DNA of 64,000 nt from Psammoneis japonica (lineage: Eukaryota), in the NCBI GenBank assembly GCA_008632985.1, contig QPGO01000005.1, positions 434,001 through 498,000 of the forward strand, read 5' to 3'. Position 1 is the stretch's first letter. Each line of letters begins with the position of its first letter. This document shows positions 1 to 11,234 of the stretch, piece after piece. The position numbers were made by a program, and so were the translations under genes. Under the pieces are notes generated by a model that was not told where the DNA came from, did not search any database, and worked only from the letters and a program-made list of their open reading frames with translations.

Positions 1-2460
1 GTAGCCGTCGTACTTGCTGCTGACGGAGACGGCGTTGGACCACCTGTTGGAGGAGAGGACGGAGATAGCGTTGGGTCTCCTGTTGGCACAAGTGTGTTCT
101 TTGCACTTGTAGGAGATGAGGTAGGTTGACTTGTGATTTGCAACGTGGGTTGCAACGTGTAGAGCGACGCCGACGGTGAGGGAGTAGTAAGCCGAACAGC
201 ACCCCAGAAAGGATCAAAACAATAGTCTTTCCCTTCCTTATCGCCAGGGCCACCGGATGTACATCCTGGAACGGACTCGGTGCCTTGACGTCTCAGACAT
301 TCCAAACCTGATGATACAAAGAATGAAATGTTCAGAAAGATTTGGGGAAGAAGAAAACGAAGAAGATGCGCAGTACAACCGCTGAAGCGATCCTACAACG
401 TACCCGGTTGACAATCCTTGTTTCTATCACAATCGCCCTTATATTTCAATGACGATAGAAAGGGGTTAGGTCGGTTACATACTACAACACCAAATGCAAG
501 TACAATACATTGAAGGAAGCAATAAACGTACTTGGCAATGTTGCAGCGGAAACTTGGACGGATTGTCTTCTTGATTCCCCCAGAATTCAAGGTTTGGTAG
601 AGCTGGACCTGGAGCTGGACTTACAACGGTTTGAGTCGTTGGCAAAGGCGTGATCAGCCTTTCAACAAATCTCGAGTCATGGCAATAGTCTTTTCCTTTG
701 AGGCCAATTCCAGAGCAGCCTGGAATGTCTTCGTACCCATCACGTTGAAAACAAGACAATCCCCTCCCACAATCTCTATTGCTGTCGCAGCTTTTTTCCA
801 GCAGGCACACGCAGACGAAGTTTAGTATGACAAAGTGAAAGCAGACAAGAAACGCTGCGGTTGAACAAACTCACTCTCCCTCGCCTAAACGAAGTTACAA
901 ACACCAGACGTGGCAAGCGTGAGTATTATCACCGCAGATAAAATGCAGTTCAATCGATATCTACTTACATTTCCCGAGAGGAAATCTGTCTGGCGCATCA
1001 TCTGAATCGCCATAATGAATCAGTGTCGTGACATTTGGATCGGACACGGGGGTAGACCAAGTGTGTTCCTCGATATATGGACATTCTCCAGCGTTTGACC
1101 TAGAGTATAGACCACCTCTGCGATCAATTTCAAATGTATAATCATCATTGCCAGGATCACGCACAACGGTAACGAGAATCGGTGGTGCATCACCACCTCT
1201 GTCAACCACTTTGACGAAAAGGAGAGAAAAGAATCAAGCAAAGCATGTGATGGAATGAGCAAAATAGTACAATATCAGAAAAAATAGAAAAACTGCAAAC
1301 ATAGATGACTCACTAACATCGATAAAATTCGAGTTTTGGGGATCAGGATAGCTCACGCAGTAGTTGTGCCCGTCGCCCCTAAGATACATGACCGGGAGAC
1401 TTTTATAGTCATCACGCAGCAACGCAAAGAAATCTTTTCCAAAGTAGGTTTCTCTTACGTCCTTCAAAGGAGCGTGTGCAAAGACGACAAGCGCCTTTAC
1501 TCCATACATTTTTGAATAGTACTCTAGTTTGCTCTTCGTCCAATTGAAATTCTGAAAATGGAAGACCAAAACTTTGATCAGAAGAAGCACAAGCAAACAC
1601 GTGTAAAAATCAATGCCTGCCAACGTACCTGTACTAGTCGAATTGGCTCGTCACCCCTAGTAGTGACAGGTTCACGCAGAGCCAGTAAGAACGTTTCATA
1701 ACCCCACAAAGCAATGCTTTAAACAACAAAACTTACAATGCATTGCCTCCAACCATGTTTAGTCCGACAAAAAGAGTCCGGTTGAGATAAAACGCAAAGT
1801 TCTCGCCTCGCTTTATTCCCGGCAATCTCTCCACATCAGTTTGCCGTTCAACTATCATGTTGGAAGAAGAAGTTCCAAAGCCATAAGAATTGTCGTGACC
1901 AAAATGTTCTTCCCAAAGCTGGTAGGCATAGTCTGGATCATCACAATCCGTCCACTCGTTGTCACCCACGACAAAAAATAGATCTCTTTGGTCGTAATTA
2001 ATTGCGTTGCTCTTGTTGGTGAAGATCTCGGCAATGTCATTGTAGGTTTCGGAAAAGCACGGGTCGTTTTTATCACCTTGTCTTATATCACCGACATGAA
2101 TAACGAAAGAAGGCGAATCTGGAGCAGATAAATCAAGATCTCGTAGCTGTCTATTCAAGCAGTATCTTTGAACAAAACATGCAAGGCGAAATGAGGGTGA
2201 CTGATTCTTTTCGCGCGATCTGGGCGAAGCACTTACCTCTCTTCCAACGAATATGGAATATCACCTAAAGCAATGAAACTTGCAACTTTTTCAGGTGTAA
2301 CACCCGGACGAAGTGTTGGGAGTTTACCTCTACATCTAAGCATTCTGTGATGCTGATCAACCAGCGGTGGACTGTCGTCAGTTCGGTCAACATCACCAAG
2401 GCGTCGGCCTACAGTAATCTTGAGGAAGACAATGTATAACATAATCCTTGAGTATCCCAT
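1..2460 (-). CDS. Secreted calcineurin-like metallophosphoesterase fused to frustulin repeats (copy A; 3' end runs off the window)
   Basis: ATG at 2460 (MGYSRIMLYIVFLKITVG). Hand-spliced GT-AG exons 2460-2237, 2165-1737, 1656-1629, 1551-1314, 1208-969, 884-875, 790-532, 437-404, 307-<1 give one open frame. It contains GDIPY, HVGD, VGDNEWTDC and RGDGH, then CEGDCDSNRDC...IPGC...DYC, CQGDCDRNKDC...VPGC...DYC and a Pro/Thr/Ser linker. Confidence 0.85.
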
Positions 2461-3063
2461 GCTTCGTTGTCGTTCACCTTTCGCGATGTCGCGAGACCGT
2501 GCTATTCCCAAATCGTATCACAATTCGACTACACCGCCATTGGCTTCCTCCTCTGCATCCAATTTTGTGGCTGCAGTACTTGCTACGGTATTTCTAACAT
2601 CCTATTATGAATATTATATATAAGAATTACATAAGCCCTACACTGTCAAGAGTCATTGCACTTTTCAATGGTCATTCTCACCCAAAGTGTCACTTAAGTA
2701 TTGAAATACAAAACATTAAAGCACGTAGTATATAATTACAGTCTGTCTCTAAATAATCTACCAAACTATTAAGCACGCATACCATTATTTAACGATAGAC
2801 AGTTTTATACAATTAGATAATTAATTATTTGAAATGTCTATTGATACATTCGTTACCGTACAGTTTGGTCCAAAGGAACCGAACGAACTCAGCAACACAC
2901 GCGGGAACGGATCGTATCCAACGCGTTACCAACTCACTTTTCGATCATGTACGACCATCTTGTACCTGCATTGCCAGATTGTCAATGCGACGTGTACATT
3001 CGCTGGGATCAATAGCAAGTACAAAATTGAATTGACGAGCTTACACACTGCTCCAGCACCAAT

Positions 3064-5675
3064 ATGAATTTCAGAATGGTCGGAAATGGCTTTTTGATTG
3101 CGTCCCTTGCTTTTGTACATCGTGCGGCCTGCCAAGTGATTAACAGCTCTTTACCTGTAGATAATGAGCCCTCGTCTCTTCAAAACGAGACAGCAGCTGA
3201 AATCCAAACTCCACGCTTACAAAAATGTATTTTGAAACTGATGCCGCAGTTTGATTCTGGAGTTGTTCCAGAAAATGTGATTAGCTTTATCGCTTTGGGG
3301 GACACTCCGTACAAACTCCATGACCGACACTGTTTGAACCATCAGATGAGAAACATCGATCTATCTACTCCAGACAAACCATCGAATGAGAAGCCTCAAT
3401 TTGCTATCCACTTGGGTGATATAAAAGACAGCGGACGAAAAATACCGTGTGACGAACGTCTGTACTCAGACGTCTCGGATATCTTCACACATCCAGATAA
3501 TGCTATCAACTATGATTCTCGCGATTTGTTCTTTGTTGTGGGTGATAACGAATGGGTGGACTGCTATAGGCCGGACGAAGCTTGGCCTCTGTGGATGAAA
3601 TATTTTGGTCCAAACAGGTACGTTGTGGACAATTGACAATATCGAGCGACACCGCAATTGATGTTGCCGAGATTTCACTGACAACGACTTGTTTTGCCCA
3701 ATCAAACAGCATCCGCGGCTTTGGGACGCTATCTAGAAGCAATACAAAGGTTCGCAGACAAACTAAGATTGACGGCATGGATAGGAGTGAAAACTTTGCT
3801 TTCTTTAGAGAATCTGTTTTGTTCATTGGCGTAAACATAGTTGGGGGTCGTGAAAGGTACGTTTTATCTTCTTAGTGCCCTTGCTCGTGCCTCGTTCCTC
3901 AGTCACGTCTCATCTGAGTGTCGCATGTTCATGTAATGTCTTCTGAAATCAGGGGTGACGAGTCAACTCGACTCGTTCAGAACTTCAAATGGGTAAGATT
4001 TCAGATGTCTAAGTTCTCTAGGAGGGGGATGAAGGCCGTCGTCATCATGGGCCACGGCGTCCTGAAAAGAGACTTCCACTACAAGTATTACGCTGATGAC
4101 CTCTTCGCTTTGCTGCGAAAAAACTATAAGGATCTTCCCGTCATGTACTTGCATGGCGACGGACATTCGTTCTGTGTACGGTATCCCGCTCCCGACCTGA
4201 ACTACGTGGACCTAAGTGAGTAGCTTCTGCTTGTAGGTTTTCATCGAAACGTCGTTGCATTACGTATTAAATTACTCACAAGCATTGAATGCTCTACTTG
4301 ACTCACTTTTTGCTCGTTTCTCTTCAAAGTGGTTGACGAAGGAGGATTCGCTAATCCCATCCTTGTCAGCGTTGTGAAGGATCCAAGCACGGACGAATAT
4401 GGGTTCTCGGTCGACAGACGCGGTGGGCTCTATTCTCCCGATGGTGATTCAGACGACGTACCTGACTGCCCATTCATTGTTGAAAAGACATGGAATGTGA
4501 CTCTTCAAACTGATTCTCCGACATTTTCCCAAACACTGTCGCCCACAGCTTCGACAACAACGAAGCAACCAAAGGATCTGGATATTACAGGGTATCCGCC
4601 ACATCTGCCAAACACACTCGGTGAATGCGAAGGTCACTGCAAGAAGAATGATGACTGTGAGGACACATTGAAGTGTTTTGTTCGTCGCGGCTTCACTCCA
4701 GTTCCAGGGTGTTCAGGAAAAGGAAAAGAAAACAGGAACTACTGCTACATGCCCCGTAGCAATCCAGTTGCTTCAACCGAGTCACCAGAAATGGCAACGA
4801 CCCCAGTTCCGACGCCAGCGCGCACAATGTCAGCGACTACAGTTCCAACCATGACATCGAATGAGACGACTCTTCCAACAGATGCTCCAACAACCCTTCC
4901 AACGCTGTCACCAAGCAAGTCGACAACAACTAAGCAATCAAAGGATCTGGATATTACAGCCTTTCCGCCACATCCCCCAAACACACTCGGAGAATGCGAA
5001 GGTCACTGTAAGAAAAATGATGACTGTGAGGACGGTTTGAAGTGTTTTGTTCGCCGCGGCTTTACTCCAGTGCCAGGATGTTCAGGAAAAGGCAGAAGAA
5101 ACAGGAACTACTGCTACATGCCCGGCAGCAATCGAGTTGGTTCAACCGCGTCGCCAACAATGGCAACGACTCCAGTTCCAACCGCACTGCCGACAATGTC
5201 ACCGCCTGCGAATCCTACCATCGCTCCTACGGTAGCTCCGACGACCCTAGTTCCACGTGCATCCCCGACAAAGTCACCAAGCTCAGCCCCTTTTCCATAT
5301 CCAACGTCCTCTCCGACTTCAGTCCCAAGTGTCTCTCCATTATCATCCCCAACACCCTCTCCAACCTCAGTCCCAAGTGTCTCTCCATTTTCATCCTCTA
5401 CTGAAGCCCCAACTGAATCTTTGACGTCACCACCGACTCAAACCCCAACTACTCGAAATATTGTCCAACAGAAGAATTTAAAGATTGTCGCTCTCCCACC
5501 GCACCCCCCAAACAGTCTAGGCCTCTGCGAAGGTCATTGTAAAGGAGATCAAGATTGTAATCAATACGAGGGTTTGTACTGTTTCAAACGCAAAAGGCTA
5601 CAAAAAGTGCCCGGTTGTGCGACATTGGGGAGAAGTGGTCGAAACTACTGCACGAACATCCGTCCGTACTCGTAG
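3064..5675 (+). CDS. Secreted metallophosphoesterase + 3 frustulin-type repeats with mucin-like PTS linkers (copy B)
   Basis: Signal-peptide-like N-terminus. Exons 3064-3617, 3710-3856, 3953-4215, 4330-5675 splice in frame. Motifs GDTPY, HLGD, VGDNEWVDC, HGDGH; three CEGHCK..DC...C..R....VPGC......NYC units. Confidence 0.9.
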
Positions 5676-6285
5676 GTCTCTAGAATTACGGCAGCAAGCT
5701 AGATGTTTGCCGTCATGCAACACATATCACTAATCAAACGCATTCTCTCTCCTTTATGTTGAAGCACTTTGTCTTTCACTTGTTATTCTCTACTAGATGT
5801 TGCCCCTTGACTGCGCACAAGAGGCGAACCCAGAACGAACGGCGAACGGCGATTTCAGCGCGATGCCGCCGTGCGCACGGGCCTTTTTTTGCTTCGAGCC
5901 GATCGAATGACTTCGAGCGTGACTCCAGTCTCAATGCCTTTCAATTCAAGGAAGCAGGGCATAAATGAATTCTGTCGCTTTTTGTTCAATACCGGCAGGC
6001 ACTTATTGATGCAATGCAATGACTTATTGTCATTTAAAAGACCTTGTCAACCATAATGTCTGTCTTTATATCAATCAAACATGCTAATATTTTCGAAAGA
6101 AATGTCATAGGCATTTTTATATATTAAAATTCCCAACGCCCTTCGGGATATCGAAAGCACTAAAGGACCGCACAAGCGAACTTGGGAATCGCAACATCCC
6201 CGCCAACCACCGCACACAACAAGTTGAACACAAATAATGAGATCGTAGAGTGAAAAGGATCAAGGATCACTACGGTAAAATCACA

Positions 6286-9200
6286 ATGAAACTACGGTTT
6301 CCCTGGCATTGCGTGACTTTTGTTGTAGCTCTGACACACAGAGTTGCAAGTAACGTTGACGACAATTTTGGCCTTCAGCGATTAAACGATGAAGAACAGT
6401 TCCATCGGCGTCTGGGCTGCAACTCACAACCCTTGCCGGAGCTCGATCCAGGCGTTGTCCCCGAAAAAGTTATAAGCTTTATAGCGATGGGTGACACTCC
6501 TTATAAGCTTCATGAAAGGTACTGTTTAAATTACCAGCTTCGAAACCTTGACATGTCCACCCCGGACGCTCCATCAAACGAGAAACCACAATTTGCGATT
6601 CACGTCGGTGACATTAAGGAGAGTTCCAGGAAATTCCCATGTGACGAACGATTGTACTCTGATATAACTGATATTTTCACGAACCCGGTCAATTCTCTCC
6701 ATTATGATCCACGAGACGTTTTCTTTGTGGTCGGCGACAATGAATCTGAAGATTGTCCGGACCCCGTTGAAGCCCATCGGCTCTGGATGAAGTACTTTGG
6801 TCCTAATGCGGGAAACTTCGGGACATTTTCTTCTGGTAGCATAGAAGTGCACAGGCAAACAAAAGTCGACAATATGGATAGGAGCGAAAACTTTGCTTTC
6901 TTTCGGGACGGTGTTTTGTTCCTCGGGCTGAACATCATCGGGGGGAGAGAACGAGGAAACGAAAACGTAAAACTCGTGCAAAACTTTCGTTTCTTAAGGA
7001 GATGGTTGAACTACTACTCAAGTAGAGGAATGAAAGCGGTTGTCATCATGGCCCATGCCGTACTAAAACCTGGGTTTCACTACGAATATTTTGCCGATGA
7101 CATGTTCGCCTTGCTTCGGAGTAAATACAAGGATCTCCCAGTCCTTTATTTGCATGGAGACGGGTATGTAAAAGACAAAGCCTTGGATTTCTTTTGTCAA
7201 CCTGAATGCGTAATGATTGCGCTCTTGCTTTATGCTCATCATTTCCTCTCCTTACTATGCTTAGGCATGAATACTGTGTCCGATATCCAGCTCCTGATCT
7301 CCCCTATGTGGACTTGAGTAAGTCTCCATGTTTTAAGTTTTTCATTGTTATGATATTGTATTGTTTACTAGTTCACTCACAAGCTCTACATGCTCAACTT
7401 GATGGTCTAACCCCTCATTTTCTTCAAAGTGGTCGATGAAGGAGGCTACGCTAACCCTATAATTGTCAGCGTCGTGAAGGATCCCAACACGGATCAGCAC
7501 ACGTTCTCTGTTGACAGACGCGGAGGCCTCTATTCTCCTGAGGCAGGGTCAGATGATGTTCCTGACTGCCCATTCATTGAAGAGAAGACATGGAATGCGA
7601 CTCGTGCAACTGACTCTCCGACATTTTCCCCAACGCTGTCGCCGACAGCAACAACGACACCATCGAAGGCGCTGGTCATTAAAGCATATCCGCCACATTT
7701 ACCAAACGCACTAGGAGAATGCCAAGGTCACTGTAAGAAGGACAGCGACTGTGATGTCGGATTGAAATGCAAGAAACGTCAGGGTTTCATAGAAGGTAAA
7801 ACAAATTCAAACAATGGTGTCTTCTCGTTTCTTTCCAGCTGCTCACTCTGTCTCTCTATCATTGCTTTTAGTCCCAGGATGTATGGGCATGGGAAAAGAA
7901 AACAGGAACTACTGTTACAAGCCCGACAATGAAATATCGAAGGCCCTAGTGATTACAGCATATCCGCCACATTTACCAAACTCACTAGGTGAATGTCAAG
8001 GTCACTGTAAGAAGGACGGTGACTGTGAGGTCGGATTGAAATGCAAGAAACGGCAAGGTTTCGAAGAAGGTAAACAAATTCGAACGATGGGGCATTCTCG
8101 TTTATGCCAGGCTGCTAACTTTGTCTCTCTATAATTGCTCTTAGTCCCAGGATGTATGGGCGTAGGAAAAGAAAACAGGAACTACTGCTACAAGCCCGAC
8201 ATTCTCATAAGCCCGACGGCGTCGCCATCAATGCCTCCAACGGAAACGCTCCCCGGTAAAAAGCTTGTATGGAAGGGATTGAATCCGTCAACTGAATTAA
8301 AAGCTTGTCAGGGAAACTGTATTGACGATAATAGCTGTACGGGCGCGCTCAAATGCATGGTTCGTCTGAAGTTCGAGCCCGTGCCCGGGTGTCGCGGACG
8401 TGGAAAGAGAGCCAGGAACTACTGCTATGGTGAGATTCGAAAGGCAGATACTATGAGTCCCACGCAGGCGCCAACTTTAAGAAATCTTACGATGGTGGGC
8501 CTTCCACTTCATCAACCGAACAGCCTTGGATTGTGCGAGGTAAGCATTTTGGTCAATGAACGCCACCACCAAGCTTCTTTTGGAGAACCACAGGAAGGAC
8601 TTTGGCTCACTCGCGAAATAATTGCGGTTCTATGCGCTGTATCTTCTTGTACAGGGTCACTGCAAGAGGACGAAGGACTGTCAAAGCCACCTTTACTGCT
8701 ATCGGCGTCGCGAATTCGATCCCATCCCGCAATGCAATGGGCGCGGCGAAAAGGGTAGAAACTATTGCGTGCCACGACCTCCCATGATATCGCCGCCAGA
8801 AGAAGACAACGAGAATGTACTGACTGACGTCGAAGATGACTTTGAGGGCCTGCTAGACCTCTGCAGTGGCGATTGTAATAGTCCTGCCGACTGCAAAGCC
8901 AATTATTTGTGCTTTCGGAGGCAAGACGTGGAGCCGGTTCCAGGATGTTCAGGGGAAGGCACACGGAAGAAGGATTACGTAAGTCACCACGCCGCTTCTA
9001 TTGGGACTGTCAGGGAAAACGTTCTAAGATTCCTGTGATTGGTTTGCTTGCTCAAAAGTGCTACTTGCCTGAAGTACCGGAGCTTTATCATTTTGAACGG
9101 TCAAAATACGGTATTCCGCTGGATCGTTGCCAGTAAGTTCCCTTCAACCAAGTTGTCTTTTTCTGTCGCGTGCTGCACTCCTGACCAAGATTGTTTTGCT

Positions 9201-9509
9201 TTGCAAATAGGGGAGATTGTGACAACGATTCAGAATGTAAAGAAGGTACGTGATGCATGGTTTTCAATTCGTTACACTCCTTGACTTGAGTTCCATCTAA
9301 ACCTTTTCTGCACGCCCGCAAATCAGGTCTGCTGTGCTTACGGAGACAGGAACATGAGAAGGTCCCAGGATGCGGATCCGGCGGCCCTGGTGATGTTTTT
9401 GATAAGGACTGTAAGTGGTCCCAATGTTTATTGTCTCGCACAGTGTCATGAGCATGTCTTACCTTGTTGATTCTTTTTCAAAACAGTCTGTTATAAACCG
9501 ACGATGTAA
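6286..9509 (+). CDS. Secreted metallophosphoesterase + 6 frustulin-type repeats (copy C)
   Basis: ATG 6286 (MKLRFPWHCVTFVVAL). Exons 6286-7163, 7265-7317, 7430-7795, 7872-8069, 8145-8539, 8655-8978, 9059-9132, 9211-9245, 9327-9410, 9487-9509 (TAA) splice in frame. Motifs GDTPY/HVGD/GDNESEDC/HGDGH; six CxGxC units. Confidence 0.88.
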
Positions 9510-9568
9510 TTCTCCCCTCCTGTAGAAGCAGTGACCACACGTCAAAATGATAAAAAAAAATATAGATC

Positions 9569-10860
9569 TGTACATAAGCAGCATGTCTCACGTGGATCCA
9601 ACAGCAACCTTTTCCACTTGCTGCCGTTCTCCCTGCAAATGAGATCATCGATTGGCACCATCCAAACAGGCCTGGCTGTTGCTTGTGCCATCTGCATTCC
9701 ATGGAAGACCGTGATCGCATTTTGAACTGTCCTCATCACAAGGAGTGGAGCCACAATTTCCTCCAGGACCCAAGGAAGAACTGCGATCATGACACAGATG
9801 CAATGCCCCCCCCCCCCCTCTGAACATGGTTCTGGGATGAATTCTGCATGCGGCGGTCATTTGCTGAAGTGATTCAGTTGTAGCTGATTGCCAGCAGGTG
9901 CCAGACAGTTTTTGATGGGTGGTGTTTGGTGCATTGGAGTCAGGCTCAAGCAAAAGCTGTGCATTCTGGGCAGTCTGGTTTGTGGCGCAAGCGTGGTGAC
10001 TTGGCTGGCCAGGAGCATCAGCAGGGGTTTGCACCCAAAATCCAGAAAAGCAGGTCATGAGCTTTTTGGCACAAACCCAAAGCCACCACAAGGGCCACAG
10101 GGGAGAGAGAGGCAGAGGGCTGAAGAAGAGGTGCCTGTTTGCAAACAAACAGATGGCTGCTTGAAGCGACATGGAGCACACCTCAGATTGTCCAAAGAGA
10201 AGGGCTGTGCAGCCACACTCTGCTTTTCTGAGCTGCAGAGGAGAGAGCTGGCATGGGGTGATGGCAAAAATCCAGCCACTCCCTTTCCAGCAGCACCTGG
10301 GGGAGGGGCAGTGTGGGCTGACCTCTTGCCGATGACAGTTTCGGTGCCAGCGCAGTGCCCCTCCAGAAGCGCCGGGCCTCAGAGCTCGGCACTGTGCTCT
10401 GGTCTTCATCAACCCAGCATCAAGGGTGTGGCCAGAGTGCAAAGCAACCACAGCAGGTGTTCTTTGGCTTGTTGCCAGGTTTCCTTGCAGCAGCAAAAAG
10501 ATCTTTGCTGGGTGCGCTCAGCAGCTGCTCGTGTCTGAGCCCTCCCTGCACTCTGCAAGATTCACAGCTGCACTGCTCTTGACCATAACTGCGTTCATGC
10601 CCCACTCATCAGGACCATCAGCACCTTGCACTGGTGCGACATCAGCACATGATCTGTGTGGCATGAACTCCAACACCATCACAGCCTCGCAGAGCAAGCT
10701 GAGCGGGAAGCGACGCAGCTGTGTGGTGGAAGAGATAGCCGGTCGGCCAGCAGCAATCGTGCATTGGTTGCGTCATGCCTGCGTCAGTCGCAGAAACCAA
10801 GAAATTTGAAAGGGTGTCGGGATATTTGTGTCCCTGCAGAATCCTAATGTCTTATGTACA
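9569..10860. mobile_element. Degenerate TpA-depleted insertion bounded by a 10-bp inverted repeat (possible non-autonomous element)
   Basis: TGTACATAAG at 9569-9578 and CTTATGTACA at 10851-10860 bracket the TpA-poor sequence lying between genes C and D. No recognisable protein and no clear TSD. Confidence 0.5.
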
Positions 10861-11234
10861 TATGATCAAGTATGACGTTTCTAAATAATATCTTAAAAAG
10901 AGCGATACATATTTAAAATTTGGGGACAAACTTACTTAATGGACTCCTTGAACGAGAATATCGGGAGAAGTGTGCGAAACATCATTATCACTTTTTTGAT
11001 TTCGACTTCACCGCACCTCCTTGTGCTGCATGATGTGTTAGTTCGGTTTGACGCCACCCTATTCAGTGTTTGTCGACAACGCATCGTGGAGTTCTCCTGG
11101 TTCTGACCTGACCATAGCAACTAACGCCGCTACCAAAAAGAGCATATTGCATATCACCCCTGTGCCTCTAGACAATGCATGACACTATCTTCCGAAATCA
11201 TCACGTCCGACATTGTTTTGCTGGTGCAATAGCC

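Noticed and set aside
2715..2779. Repeated ATTAA(A)GCACG motif in the A/B divergent promoter as a phosphate-response element
   Set aside because: Two short copies in AT-rich DNA, and not seen upstream of C or D; insufficient support.
9645..10847. Long ORFs (283, 216 and 127 aa) in the first TpA-depleted block
   Set aside because: They overlap on both strands, are Tyr-free and Cys/His-rich, and have no motifs; loss of TAA/TAG explains them.
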